64,000 nt of DNA, taken from the NCBI GenBank assembly GCA_938002955.1, contig CALLAA010000039.1:397-64396 (forward strand), in the 5' to 3' direction. The notes under the pieces were generated by a model, which saw only the letters and a list, made by a program, of their open reading frames with translations, was not told where the DNA came from and made no database searches. The position numbers and the translations under genes were made by a program. This document shows, piece after piece, positions 39,046 through 49,018 of the stretch. Within the stretch, counting starts at the first letter, position 1, and each line of letters begins with the position of its first letter. The DNA comes from an uncultured Acidimicrobiales bacterium (GTDB lineage: Bacteria > Actinomycetota > Acidimicrobiia > Acidimicrobiales > SHLQ01).

Positions 39046-41490
39046 TTAGCGGCGACGCCCGCGTCCTCCGCGGTTGGTCTTTGGAGCTGGACCGAGGTCG
39101 CCCAAGTCGTCGGCGAGCGCAGCATCAAAGCTGTCTTCGAACGATGCGACCTCACGGGCCTCGCCCTTCGACGAGTCGCTCGAACCGCTGTCGCGGCCTC
39201 CGCGATCGCGTCCGCCACGGTCACCGCGGTCACGGTTACGACCGCCGCCACTGTTGCCAGAGCCGCCGTCACGAGAACCACGATCGCTGCCACCGTCAGA
39301 ACCGCTGTCTCCATCATCGTCACCGCCGCCATCGGCGGTTGGACGCAAGGAGATCTTGCCGTTCGGGTCGATGTCTTCGACCTTGACTTCGATGTCGTCA
39401 CCGAGGCTGAGCACGTCTTCGACCTTGTCGATGCGCTTGCCGCCACCGAGCTTGCTGATGTGCACGAGGCCGTCACGTCCAGGAAGGATGTTGACGAACG
39501 CACCGAACTTGGTGATGTTCACAACCTTGCCCTGGTAGACCTCGCCAACCTCAGCGGTTGGTGGATCGAGGATGAGGCGAATCTGACGCTCGCCCTCTTC
39601 GACCTTGGCCTTGTCCGAAGACGCAACCGACACGATGCCGACCATGCCGTCGTCGTCGACAGAGATGTCGGCGCCGGTTTCGGCCTGGATGGCGTTGATG
39701 ACCTTGCCCTTTGGACCAATAACTTCGCCGATCTTGTCGATCGGGATTTCGAAGGAAACGATCTTCGGAGCGGTTGGACCGACCTCATCACGCGGAGCCG
39801 GAATGGCTTCGGTCATGACGTCGAGGATCTTGAGGCGTGCGTCCTTGGCCTGGTTAAGGGCTGCGGAGAGAACGTCGGCTGGGATGCCGTCGATCTTGGT
39901 GTCGAGCTGGAGGGCCGTAACGAAGTCCTTCGTTCCGGTGACCTTGAAGTCCATGTCGCCCATTGCATCCTCAGCACCGAGGATGTCGGTGAGGGTGATG
40001 TACTTGTCGTCCATCTTGACGAGGCCCATGGCGATACCGGCAACGGGTGCCTTGATCGGAACACCGGCGTCCATCAGCGAGAGGCTTGACGAGCAAACCG
40101 ATGCCATCGACGACGAACCGTTCGATCCGAGAACTTCGGAGACGAGACGGAGGGTGTATGGGAACTCTTCCATCGACGGGATCACGGGGAACACGGCGCG
40201 CTCTGCGAGCGCTCCGTGGCCAATCTCACGACGCTTTGGTCCACGCATGAAGCCCGGCTCGCCGGTGCAGAATGGCGGGAAGTTGTAGTGGTGCATGTAG
40301 CGCTTGCGATCGATTGGGTCGATGCCGTCGATCATTTGGTCCATGCGTCCCATGCCCAAGGTCGTGATGTTCATGACCTGGGTTTCGCCACGCTGGAACA
40401 AGCCAGATCCGTGTGCGGTAGGGATGAGGTCAACCTCGGAAGAGACCGGACGAAGATCGGCGGTGCCACGACCGTCGATACGCAGTCCCTCGTCGACGAT
40501 GCGCTTACGCACAGCGGCCTTCTTGACCGACTGGAATGCCTGGCCAATGGCGCCAGCTTCATCAGCGAACTGCTCGGCGAGTGCTTCTTTGACCTCGTCC
40601 TTGAGTGCGTTTTCAGCACCCTGACGGTCCATCTTGTCGGCGATGGTCTGGGTAGCGGCGATCTTGTCACCGAAACCAGCCTCGACGGCTGCCACGAGCT
40701 CTGGGCTGTAATCGCCCATGATCGGGAAGTCCATCTTCTCTGGAGCGCCGACCTTCTCGAGGAGTGACTCCTGGAGTTCGATGGCCTGGCGGATCCACTT
40801 CTTGGAGGCGTCGAGGCCCTCTGCGAGGGTGCTCTCGTCGACGACTGGGCCACCTGATTCGTGGACGCCCCACGTCTTGTCTGTGCCACCGGCTTCAACC
40901 ATCATGACAGCGACATCGTCGTCGTCGAGAAGGCGTCCAGCAACGACCATTTCGAAGGTCGACTCGGCGCTCTCCTGGTAGGTCGGATGTGGAATCCACT
41001 CGCCGTCGACGGTGTACGCAATGCGTACGGCGCCGATCGGGCATTCGAACGGAATGCGGGAAATGATCAGTGCAGCCGACGCTGCGTTGATTGCAAGAAC
41101 GTCGTACGGGTTCTCCATGTCAGCGCCGAAGATGGTGCCAACGATGTGAACGTCGTTGCGGAACCCTTCAGGGAAGTTCGGACGCAACGGGCGGTCGGTC
41201 AAACGATCGACGAGGATTGCGGCTTCGCTTGCGCGGCCTTCACGACGGAAGAACGATCCGGGGATCTTGCCAGCTGCATAGCTGCGCTCTTCCATATCGA
41301 CGGTCAGTGGGAAAAAGCTTGCGCCATCGCGTGGCTTGTCGCTTGAGGTTGCGGTCACGAGGACCATGGTGTTGCCCAGCTGGGCCAACACTGCGCCGTC
41401 GGCGAGACCAGCGAGCTGGCCCGTTTCGAACGACATAATCTTGTCAGGCGCGCCCATAACGGCGTCGCTGACGGAATGCTTTTCAGCCAT
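39046..41490 (-). CDS. pnp: Polyribonucleotide nucleotidyltransferase (PNPase) with a C-terminal G/D/S/R-rich tail
   Basis: Two RNase PH domains (FPPFCTGE...), KH and S1 (GKVVNITKFGAFVNILPG). Ends with a 96-aa low-complexity tail finishing in NRGGRGRRR. RBS AAGGAG. Confidence 0.95.
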   Translation of the reverse strand: MAEKHSVSDAVMGAPDKIMSFETGQLAGLADGAVLAQLGNTMVLVTATSSDKPRDGASFFPLTVDMEERSYAAGKIPGSFFRREGRASEAAILVDRLTDRPLRPNFPEGFRNDVHIVGTIFGADMENPYDVLAINAASAALIISRIPFECPIGAVRIAYTVDGEWIPHPTYQESAESTFEMVVAGRLLDDDDVAVMMVEAGGTDKTWGVHESGGPVVDESTLAEGLDASKKWIRQAIELQESLLEKVGAPEKMDFPIMGDYSPELVAAVEAGFGDKIAATQTIADKMDRQGAENALKDEVKEALAEQFADEAGAIGQAFQSVKKAAVRKRIVDEGLRIDGRGTADLRPVSSEVDLIPTAHGSGLFQRGETQVMNITTLGMGRMDQMIDGIDPIDRKRYMHHYNFPPFCTGEPGFMRGPKRREIGHGALAERAVFPVIPSMEEFPYTLRLVSEVLGSNGSSSMASVCSSSLSLMDAGVPIKAPVAGIAMGLVKMDDKYITLTDILGAEDAMGDMDFKVTGTKDFVTALQLDTKIDGIPADVLSAALNQAKDARLKILDVMTEAIPAPRDEVGPTAPKIVSFEIPIDKIGEVIGPKGKVINAIQAETGADISVDDDGMVGIVSVASSDKAKVEEGERQIRLILDPPTAEVGEVYQGKVVNITKFGAFVNILPGRDGLVHISKLGGGKRIDKVEDVLSLGDDIEVKVEDIDPNGKISLRPTADGGGDDDGDSGSDGGSDRGSRDGGSGNSGGGRNRDRGDRGGRDRGGRDSGSSDSSKGEAREVASFEDSFDAALADDLGDLGPAPKTNRGGRGRRR

Positions 41491-41774
41491 GAATTGGCTT
41501 CTCCTTCACCCGAGGAAAGCCTCGGGTTGTATGGCCCGGCACCTTGCCGGACTGTCGAGCCGACCTTCGGCTCGATTCGTGTTTGGTGAGCCGTAGCTCT
41601 CCATGCTCCAACGTTGGTCGGAGCCACCAGGATTCCTGGTTTTCTGTTCCCAGGTTTCCTGGGCAGATCCTTACAGACAAGTTCGACCCAATGGGGCCAC
41701 ACTTGAGAAAGTTTCGTCGTGAAACTCGCTCAAACGCGAAAGCGAGCGGCCGCTGGGCCGCTCGTTCCGTATTC
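41491..41774 (-). promoter_or_regulatory. Structured rpsO-pnp intergenic region (rpsO terminator plus pnp leader)
   Basis: Hairpins, in plus-strand coordinates: GAGCGGC/GCCGCTC (41744-41763, followed on the minus strand by a U-containing tract), CTCGCT/AGCGAG (41725-41746), GTTTC/GAAAC (41711-41725), CCCAGG-ttt-CCTGGG (41649-41663), CCAGG-att-CCTGG (41627-41639), TCGAGCCGA-cct-TCGGCTCGA (41555-41575), and CCCGAGG-aaag-CCTCGGG (41509-41526). Confidence 0.6.
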
Positions 41775-42056
41775 CTACCGGCGAATGCCGAGATGTGTAA
41801 TCAGTTCGCGGTAACGCTCAACGTTGTTGTCTTTGACATAGTCGAGCAACCGGCGACGCTGACCAACCAGCATCAAGAGTCCACGGCGGCTGTGGTGATC
41901 TTTCTTGTGATCCTTCAGGTGCTCGGTGAGGTGCGAGATGCGTGCGGTAAGCAGCGCAATCTGAACCTCGGGAGAACCAGTGTCGGTTTCTGCGAGGCCA
42001 AAGGCTTCGCGGACACTTGCCATCGTTTCTTCTTTTGGAGGAAGTACAGAATCCAT
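41775..42056 (-). CDS. rpsO: 30S ribosomal protein S15
   Basis: [16 protein letters not shown] and [22 protein letters not shown], ending LGIRR. The ATG at 42056 gives 93 aa. The ORF-track start at 42191 is too long. Confidence 0.93.
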   Translation of the reverse strand: MDSVLPPKEETMASVREAFGLAETDTGSPEVQIALLTARISHLTEHLKDHKKDHHSRRGLLMLVGQRRRLLDYVKDNNVERYRELITHLGIRR

Positions 42057-42210
42057 GAGTTTTTCCTTGGGTGTAGGACCCGGCCCCGTTCGCCGCGCTA
42101 GCAACTCGAAGCACGAGGCTTCGTGATCCCAGCTCGAACTACAGAGCGGACGCCTGCGTTGTGCAGACATGATTAGCCTAACGCCACCCAATCAAAAGCG
42201 TTCCGCAGTT

Positions 42211-42255
42211 TTTGTACAGGATTTGTAACCCCACAGGGTCCAAATTCTGTACAAA
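42211..42255 (-). other. AT-rich 45-nt imperfect hairpin immediately after the ribF stop, upstream of rpsO
   Basis: Arms TTTGTACAG (42211-19) / CTGTACAAA (42247-55). Nested ATTTG (42221-25) / CAAAT (42241-45) and ACCC/GGGT. Confidence 0.7.
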
Positions 42256-42258
42256 TCT

Positions 42259-43212
42259 CTAGTTGGTGAGGAGGCGGCGGGTTTCGGCGATGTCGGTGTC
42301 CAGCTGGGCCTTCAGCTCATCGATGCCGTTGAAGCGGCGTTCGCTGCGCAGGAAATGCAAGAACTGCACTTTGGCGACCTGGCCATACAGGTCTCCCGAC
42401 TCACCGGAGCCCGGAAAGTCGAGCAGATGCGCTTCGAGCACTGCTGTCTCGGCGTTGTCATAAAAGGTCGGGCGTACACCGACGTTGACCGCGGCTGCAT
42501 GCTCGCTTCCATCTGGCTGCACATAGCGACAGGCGTACACCCCGTTCGCTGGCCTCGCGAGATCATCGGGTAGTGGCACATTCGCTGTTGGAAATCCGAT
42601 CGTGCGGCCACGCTGGTCGCCCTGCACAACCTCGCCCCACATCTCGAAGGGACGCCCGAGCATCGTGGCTGCACCCTCGACATCGCCGCCAACGAGCGCT
42701 CGCCGAATCGCAGTCGACGACACTGGCTCGGTTGCGGTCTCCGTTCGGCGGATAAGTTCGAGTCCCTCGACGTCGAAGCCGTGGACCTTGCCTTCTTCTT
42801 CGAGAAACGCAACCGTGCCCTCGCGGCCTTTGCCAAAGTTGAAGTCGCTTCCGACGAGGATCTCTTTTGCGCCGAGCCGCCGTACGAAAACCTCGTCGAC
42901 AAACTCCGCTGCGGTGGTCGCTGCCCGCTCGGCATCGAACTCGATGACGTAGACGACGTCGACACCGAGCGACTCGAGCATCTCCAGCTTGCGAGGCAGA
43001 CGGGTCAGGAGCTTGGGGGCCGAGTCAGGTCGCACCACCGTCGCCGGGTGCACGTCAAAGGTGACGACCGCCGACGCCACTCCCCTCGCCGTTGCGCGCT
43101 CGATTACTTCACCGATCACGGTCTGATGACCTCGGTGCACACCGTCGAAGGCTCCCGTCGTCAAAACACACGCGTCGACGCGCTGTTCATCGCTATCTCG
43201 GATGATCTTCAC
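42259..43212 (-). CDS. ribF: Bifunctional riboflavin kinase / FMN adenylyltransferase
   Basis: GAFDGVHRGH nucleotidyltransferase motif and riboflavin kinase GFPTANV. Confidence 0.93.
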   Translation of the reverse strand: MKIIRDSDEQRVDACVLTTGAFDGVHRGHQTVIGEVIERATARGVASAVVTFDVHPATVVRPDSAPKLLTRLPRKLEMLESLGVDVVYVIEFDAERAATTAAEFVDEVFVRRLGAKEILVGSDFNFGKGREGTVAFLEEEGKVHGFDVEGLELIRRTETATEPVSSTAIRRALVGGDVEGAATMLGRPFEMWGEVVQGDQRGRTIGFPTANVPLPDDLARPANGVYACRYVQPDGSEHAAAVNVGVRPTFYDNAETAVLEAHLLDFPGSGESGDLYGQVAKVQFLHFLRSERRFNGIDELKAQLDTDIAETRRLLTN

Positions 43213-44156
43213 GACACTTCCTTCGGGCCTGATGTATCAGGGCTTGTCGTAGGTGGCGGGGGTTCGGCGAGTACCACAGCAGGTTTGATGGTGCCTCCCC
43301 GATGAGGTTCGTACACCGCCAAGAGCTCACCGGCAGCATCGACTAAAGGGTACGGGCCAGCGGTGCCTTCACCAAAGCCTTCGATGCCGATTCGTTCCGC
43401 TGGAAACACGCGGCCGTACCGAACGTCGATCGCCACGTCGTCGTCGACAGCGATCAGACCGAGATCTCGAACAAACTCCGCTGCCGGGCGAAGTTTGACC
43501 GATTCGAGCGGTGCGGCCATCTCCTCGGTGAACGAACCAATCGCAGTTCGGCGCAGACCATGCAAGTGCGCACCGCCGCCGAGGGCCTTGCCGAGATCGG
43601 CGGCGAGCGACCGAATGTAGGTACCTGCTGAGCAGTCGACCTCGCAGCGCAGAACCATGGGATCGTCTGTCACGTCGAGCGCAAACCGATGGACCGTAAC
43701 CGGCACGGCTTTGCGTTCGATCTCAATCCCCTCACGAGCGAGCTCATGGAGCCGCTTACCGTCGACCTTCTTCGCCGAGACCATGGGCGGGACCTGCTCG
43801 ATCGCTCCCGTCAGTGTTTCAGCGGCCGTACGAGCGACGTCGATATCGATCGTGTCCATGTCATGGACCACCGTGACGACACCGGTGGAATCGAGCGAAT
43901 CGGTCTCCGACCCGAATCGGATGTCGCCCACGTAGGACTTCGTGGCGCCGTCGAGGAACCGCAGAATCCTGGTCGCCTTGCCGACCCCGAGCAACAGCAC
44001 ACCGGTCGCGTCGGGGTCGAGCGTTCCTGAGTGCCCGACCTTTCGGGTCTTGAACACCCCACGAGACTTGGCAACGACATCGTGCGAGGTCCAACCCCGC
44101 GGCTTGTCGACGATGGCGAACCCGGTTGGACCGGGGTCGCGTTGTTTGCGCGCCAC
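43209..44156 (-). CDS. truB: tRNA pseudouridine(55) synthase
   Basis: Catalytic motif GHSGTLDPDATGVLLLGVG. Overlaps the ribF start by 4 nt. Confidence 0.93.
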   Translation of the reverse strand: MARKQRDPGPTGFAIVDKPRGWTSHDVVAKSRGVFKTRKVGHSGTLDPDATGVLLLGVGKATRILRFLDGATKSYVGDIRFGSETDSLDSTGVVTVVHDMDTIDIDVARTAAETLTGAIEQVPPMVSAKKVDGKRLHELAREGIEIERKAVPVTVHRFALDVTDDPMVLRCEVDCSAGTYIRSLAADLGKALGGGAHLHGLRRTAIGSFTEEMAAPLESVKLRPAAEFVRDLGLIAVDDDVAIDVRYGRVFPAERIGIEGFGEGTAGPYPLVDAAGELLAVYEPHRGGTIKPAVVLAEPPPPTTSPDTSGPKEVS

Positions 44157-44161
44157 GATCG

Positions 44162-44590
44162 CTATTCCTCTTCGGAGAGGTCTTCGGACTCGGCGCTGTT
44201 TCCTGGACGGCTTCGCTCTTGGGCGAGGAGCTCTTCGATGCGGTTGGCACTTCGGAGCTGCTGGTCGGGCTCAAAGCTCAACGGCGGAGTACGACGCAAG
44301 GTGGTCTGGCGGCCAATGGCACCCTGTAGCCGCTTGCGGTGACTTTCGAATACTTCGATCAGCGAGTCTTCATCGTCGGCATCGCCGAGCGCCGCGGTAA
44401 AGGACACGATGGCGCGGTCGAGACTGCGATCCGTCTTCACGTGGGTCACGCTGACCCAACGCAGACGCTCGTCATCGATGCGGGTTAGTTCCTCGGCGAT
44501 GATTTCGCGCAGCAGTTCGTTCAGTCGCGAACTTCGCTGCGCGCCTTGATCGCGACCACCACCTTGCACATGGCGACGACGTGAACTCAT
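44162..44590 (-). CDS. rbfA: Ribosome-binding factor A
   Basis: RLNELLREIIAEEL...VSVTHVKTDRSLDRAIV pattern and an acidic C-terminal tail. ATG at 44590 preferred over the ORF-track 44758. Confidence 0.85.
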   Translation of the reverse strand: MSSRRRHVQGGGRDQGAQRSSRLNELLREIIAEELTRIDDERLRWVSVTHVKTDRSLDRAIVSFTAALGDADDEDSLIEVFESHRKRLQGAIGRQTTLRRTPPLSFEPDQQLRSANRIEELLAQERSRPGNSAESEDLSEEE

Positions 44591-44621
44591 GACAATCCCT
44601 TCAGACCTGGGCCGGCCGACG

Positions 44622-44927
44622 TCATGCGTCAAGCTCCATCCAGGTTCGTTCTGCCGATACGACCTCGAGGTCGGGTCGACTCCAGACGAGCCGCTCGGCC
44701 TCGTCAATGGTCTCGGTTGCCTGTCGAGCGCTTCCCGACACCGTAACGACGCCAACACACGCCGACTTCAGCACGTCGTGATCGTCAACTTCGGCAACGC
44801 TCACGCCGAGGCGCGGAAGACGGTCGATGATCGGACGGATCATCGACCGCTTTTCCTTCAACGACTGGGCCTGCGGGAAACGCAGGCGAAGCTCGAGGGC
44901 CAGCACATGCATTTTGCTGTCATGCAT
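44622..44927 (-). CDS. DUF503 domain protein (YlxP-like)
   Basis: MHVLALELRLRFPQAQSLKEKRSMIRPIIDRL pattern. Conserved position between infB and rbfA. Confidence 0.8.
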   Translation of the reverse strand: MHDSKMHVLALELRLRFPQAQSLKEKRSMIRPIIDRLPRLGVSVAEVDDHDVLKSACVGVVTVSGSARQATETIDEAERLVWSRPDLEVVSAERTWMELDA

Positions 44928-44938
44928 GACGCATGCCC

Positions 44939-47779
44939 CTACGAGATCGAACGCTCGATCTCGCGCTCCTCGTAGGTCTCGATGATGTCGCCATCTCGCA
45001 GATCCTGGAAGTCCGACAGTCCAATACCGCACTCGTAGCCAGCGGCTACTTCCTTGGCATCGTCCTTGAAGCGACGGAGTGATTTCACTTCGCCCTTCCA
45101 GATGATCGTGCCCTCACGAATGAAGCGCACCTTGGAGTTACGAGTGATGACACCGTTGGTGACGTAGCAACCGGCGATACGGCCGATCTTCGGTACCGAG
45201 AAGATCTCGCGAACCTCTGCGTCTCCGGTAACGATCTCTTCGTACTCGGGGGCGAGCATGCCAACCATGGCGGACTCGACGTCCTCGAGCAGGCTGTAGA
45301 TGATCTCATAGGTGCGGATCTCGACGCCTTCGGCATCTGCGCTCGCACGGGCCTTGCGGTCCGGGCGAACGTTGAAACCAATGATCGTTGCGTTGGTCGT
45401 CGCAGCGAGGGCAATGTCGTTTTCGGTGATGCCACCGACGCCGCGATGCACGAAGGTTGGCTTGACCTCTGGGGTCTCCAACTTGCGCAGCGACTCGATG
45501 ACCGCTTCGAGCGAACCGTTTACGTCTGCCTTGATGATCAGGTTCAGGTTCGCAGCCTCGCCGCGCTGAATCTGCTCGAAGATGTCCTCGAGACGTGCGC
45601 CGCCGCTCGTCGCGGCAGAGGACGTACCAAACGTTGACTGACGCTGATGATGCTCGCGGGTGTCGGCGACCTTCGACGCCACCTTCTCGCTCGGCGCAAT
45701 GTTGAACTCGCGACCCGCATCGGCGACGTCGCTCAGGCCGAGGACCTGCACCGGTGTCGATGGGCCCGCTTCCTTGACGTTCTCGCCCTTGTCGTTGATC
45801 AGTGCACGAACACGGCCCCAGGCCGCACCAGACACCATTGGATCGCCGACACGCAGGGTTCCCTCTTGTACGAGAACCGTCGCGACCGGGCCACGGCCGA
45901 TGTCGAGGTTCGACTCGAGGACAACACCCTGGGCCTTGTCGGCTGGGTCAGCGCGAAGGTCTTCGATCTCCGCGACGAGGATGATCTGATCGAGGAGCTC
46001 GTCGATACCGATGTTCTGCAACGCCGAGATTTCCTGAACGATCGTGTCGCCACCGAAGGACTCAGGGATGAGTTCGTGCTCGGTGAGCTGGGACAGCACT
46101 CGTTGCGGGTTCGCATTTTCACGGTCGATCTTGTTGATCGCCACGATGATCGGCACGTTGGCCGCCTTTGCGTGGTTCAACGCTTCGATCGTCTGCGGCA
46201 TCATGCCATCGTCTGCGGCAACAACCAGGATGACAATGTCGGTTGCTTTCGCACCACGGGAGCGCATAGCGGTGAACGCCGCGTGACCCGGGGTATCGAT
46301 GAACGTCAGCGTGTGATCGTTTCGAACCGTTTGGTACGCACCGATGTGCTGGGTGATGCCGCCGGCTTCACCGTCGACGACGTTGGCCTGACGGATCTGA
46401 TCGAGCAGCTTCGTCTTACCATGATCGACATGGCCCATGATCGTGATGACGGGCGGACGAATCGGATCGTCTGATCCGTCCTCGTCTTCGTCTTCATCGA
46501 TGCCGAGCATCTTGCGAAGCTCAACTTCCTGCTCCTCGCCGGGATCGACGAGCTTGACTTCAGCTCCGAGGTCCTCGGCAAATGCGGTGATGAGCTCGTC
46601 GCTCAGGGACTGTGTGGCCGTAACCATCTCGCCCTGTTGCATCATGAAACGGACGACGTCGGCTGCGGTTCGGTTGAACTTTGGACCGAGGTCGAGTGGC
46701 GTGATCGAGCGTTCGATGACGACCATGCCGGTCGGGACCGGAGCGTCCTCGGAGCTGTAGCTCGGGACGTTCATTGGCTGAAGTTCTTCGCGGTTGCGAC
46801 GACGACGACCCTTGCGCTTTGGCGGGCGACGTCCGGCTGGACCGCCGGGACGACCGCCACCTGGGCGACCGCCGCCACCGCCGCCACCGGGAGGAGCGCC
46901 TGCGCCAGGAACGGTACGCGGACCGCCTGGGCGTGCGCCACCGCCGCCGCTGCGTGGTGGACCACCGGAGTATCCGCCTGGGCGTGCGCCACCGGCGCCA
47001 GCAGGCGCATTGCGTGGGCCACCTGGGCGACCAGGAGGTGGAGGAATTGGCTTACCGCTCTGCGACCGCGGAGGTCCAGGCGGTGGAGGAATTGGCTTGC
47101 CGCTCTGAGAGAGCGGGCCGCCGCCTGGCTTTGGTGGCGCTGGCGGAGCGTCCTTCTTTGGGTCAGAGCCAATCGCCGGCGGAGCCGACGCCTCAGCTGC
47201 TGGAGCGTCGCCATCGGCCTTTGGCTTTGGCGCTGGCTTCGGCGTGGCCGTTGGAGGCGGCGGAACAGGTCCGTCAGCTACTGGCCGACGTGATGGCTTC
47301 GAGGAGATGATCCCCTTTGGCATCTGCTGGTCGGGCTCGAGCTCCGCTGCTGGAGCGGCGTCCTCGGCCGGTGATTCGGTTGGCGCTTCGGCGACTGGCT
47401 CGGGAGCCGGGGCCGCTTCGACCTCAGGTTCGGCTGGGGCCTCGACCGGCGCCTCAGCAGCTGGCTCGTCGGCGGGAGCAACAGGGGCCGCTGCTTCGGG
47501 CTCCTTCTTCGCCGCTGCCTTCTTGGGCGGCTTCTTTGACGAGACGGCGGCCTTCTTCTTCGCCGGCTCCTTCTTTGCGGGCGCCTCTTCCTCGGGCTGA
47601 ACTTCGCGAATCAACCCTTCGCGTTCTGCCTTGCGGCGAACGCGGTCGGCTTGTGCGTCGACAATGCTCGATGAATGACTCTTCGCCCCGATACCGAGCG
47701 CGTCACAGAGTTCGAGGGTCTCAGCGTTGCTGAGTCCTAACTCTCTGCCGAGTTCGTAGACGCGGATCTTTGCTGCCAA
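44939..47779 (-). CDS. infB: Translation initiation factor IF-2
   Basis: G domain [24 protein letters not shown]. Long P/A/G-rich N-terminal linker. A TTG at 47779 gives the canonical [16 protein letters not shown]-terminus. The ORF-track TTG at 47824 is the alternative. Confidence 0.93.
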   Translation of the reverse strand: MAAKIRVYELGRELGLSNAETLELCDALGIGAKSHSSSIVDAQADRVRRKAEREGLIREVQPEEEAPAKKEPAKKKAAVSSKKPPKKAAAKKEPEAAAPVAPADEPAAEAPVEAPAEPEVEAAPAPEPVAEAPTESPAEDAAPAAELEPDQQMPKGIISSKPSRRPVADGPVPPPPTATPKPAPKPKADGDAPAAEASAPPAIGSDPKKDAPPAPPKPGGGPLSQSGKPIPPPPGPPRSQSGKPIPPPPGRPGGPRNAPAGAGGARPGGYSGGPPRSGGGGARPGGPRTVPGAGAPPGGGGGGGRPGGGRPGGPAGRRPPKRKGRRRRNREELQPMNVPSYSSEDAPVPTGMVVIERSITPLDLGPKFNRTAADVVRFMMQQGEMVTATQSLSDELITAFAEDLGAEVKLVDPGEEQEVELRKMLGIDEDEDEDGSDDPIRPPVITIMGHVDHGKTKLLDQIRQANVVDGEAGGITQHIGAYQTVRNDHTLTFIDTPGHAAFTAMRSRGAKATDIVILVVAADDGMMPQTIEALNHAKAANVPIIVAINKIDRENANPQRVLSQLTEHELIPESFGGDTIVQEISALQNIGIDELLDQIILVAEIEDLRADPADKAQGVVLESNLDIGRGPVATVLVQEGTLRVGDPMVSGAAWGRVRALINDKGENVKEAGPSTPVQVLGLSDVADAGREFNIAPSEKVASKVADTREHHQRQSTFGTSSAATSGGARLEDIFEQIQRGEAANLNLIIKADVNGSLEAVIESLRKLETPEVKPTFVHRGVGGITENDIALAATTNATIIGFNVRPDRKARASADAEGVEIRTYEIIYSLLEDVESAMVGMLAPEYEEIVTGDAEVREIFSVPKIGRIAGCYVTNGVITRNSKVRFIREGTIIWKGEVKSLRRFKDDAKEVAAGYECGIGLSDFQDLRDGDIIETYEEREIERSIS

Positions 47780-47839
47780 TGGGTTCTTTCGTCCTGTAAG
47801 GGTGCGACCGCCTTGAGCGGTCAACGCACCAGCCTATTC

Positions 47840-49018
47840 CTATTCCTCTTCCGAAGCGCTTTTCTCAGCGTTAGCTTCGTCACCTGCGTCAACCTCGGTC
47901 AACGGTGCTTCTTCGTCCACTGCTTCGGACCAGTCGTCTGCAGACAATGCGTCTCCGCCATCTGCAGGCTTCCAGACCTGTTCGCCTGATTCTGGGTCTA
48001 CGACCCATTCACCTTCGGCCCAATCGACATCGCCGTAGGCCTCTTCTTGTGCGAGCTGCGTCTCGCTCTTGATATCGACGCGCCAACCAGTGAGTCGGGC
48101 GGCGAGGCGAGCGTTCTGGCCTTCCTTGCCAATCGCAAGCGAAAGCTGGAAGTCGGGAACGATAACCTCTGCGGTGCCCGTCTCCTCAATGATGCGAACT
48201 TCTTTGACCTTTGCGGGCGAGAGCGCCTTCATGACGAAGTCCGGAAGATCCTCGCTGAATGGGACGATGTCGATCTTCTCGCCGCGAAGCTCGGTGACGA
48301 CCTGGCGAACGCGAGCACCGCGTGCACCAACACATGCGCCGACCGGATCGACGTTTGGATCGTTCGAGTAGACGGCGATCTTGGTGCGGTGTCCCGGTTC
48401 ACGCGCACAGGCGCGAATTTCGACGATGCCGTCGGCGATCTCGGGTACTTCGAGTTCGAAGAGGCGACGAACCAGACCGGGGTGGGTTCGGCTAACGACG
48501 ATCTGTGGCCCCTTGGCTGTCTTGCGGACCTCGACGATGTACGCCTTGAGACGAGCGTTTGGCTCGGGCCGTTCGAACATGACCTGCTCGGACTGCGGCA
48601 ACAGCGCTTCGACACGACCGAGGTCGAGAAGCGTGTATCGAGCGTCGGTTTGCTGGATCATGCCGGTGACGATGTCACCTTCGCGGCCTGCGTACTCTTC
48701 GTACTTGAGCTCGCGCTCGGCTTCACGAATGCGCTGGGTCATGACCTGGCGAGCGGTCTGTGCGGCGATACGTCCGAAGTTCTCCGGCGTTACGTCGTAC
48801 TCCTCGCCAATGGGCATGTAGTCCTCATCGGTCTCCTGGGCCATAACCCGGATGTCCATGCTCTCGGGGTCGATGGTGACCCAGGCATAGTCCTCGGCGT
48901 CTGGCATCCGCTTGTACGCGGATTCGAGAGCGTCTGCGAGCGCTGCGAACAGCGCGTCGACGGAGATTCCCTTGTCACGAGCAAGCGCTTGGAGGGCTTC
49001 GAGCATCTCAGCATTCAT
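47840..49018 (-). CDS. nusA: Transcription termination/antitermination factor NusA
   Basis: N-terminal domain, S1 (GDIVTGMIQQ), two KH domains (RLAARLTGWRVDIKS), and an acidic C-terminal tail. Confidence 0.94.
   Translation of the reverse strand: MNAEMLEALQALARDKGISVDALFAALADALESAYKRMPDAEDYAWVTIDPESMDIRVMAQETDEDYMPIGEEYDVTPENFGRIAAQTARQVMTQRIREAERELKYEEYAGREGDIVTGMIQQTDARYTLLDLGRVEALLPQSEQVMFERPEPNARLKAYIVEVRKTAKGPQIVVSRTHPGLVRRLFELEVPEIADGIVEIRACAREPGHRTKIAVYSNDPNVDPVGACVGARGARVRQVVTELRGEKIDIVPFSEDLPDFVMKALSPAKVKEVRIIEETGTAEVIVPDFQLSLAIGKEGQNARLAARLTGWRVDIKSETQLAQEEAYGDVDWAEGEWVVDPESGEQVWKPADGGDALSADDWSEAVDEEAPLTEVDAGDEANAEKSASEEE

Noticed and set aside
41491-42258. tRNA or other small RNA gene in the larger spacers (also 49564-49799, 54284-54515 and 59487-59652)
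   Set aside because: No cloverleaf-compatible arms or GTTCGAATC-type T-loops were found. The structures are better explained as leaders, terminators or repeats.
46794-47108. Pro/Gly-rich 104-aa plus-strand ORF
   Set aside because: It is a mirror image of the IF-2 proline/glycine-rich linker on the opposite strand, and is a compositional artefact.
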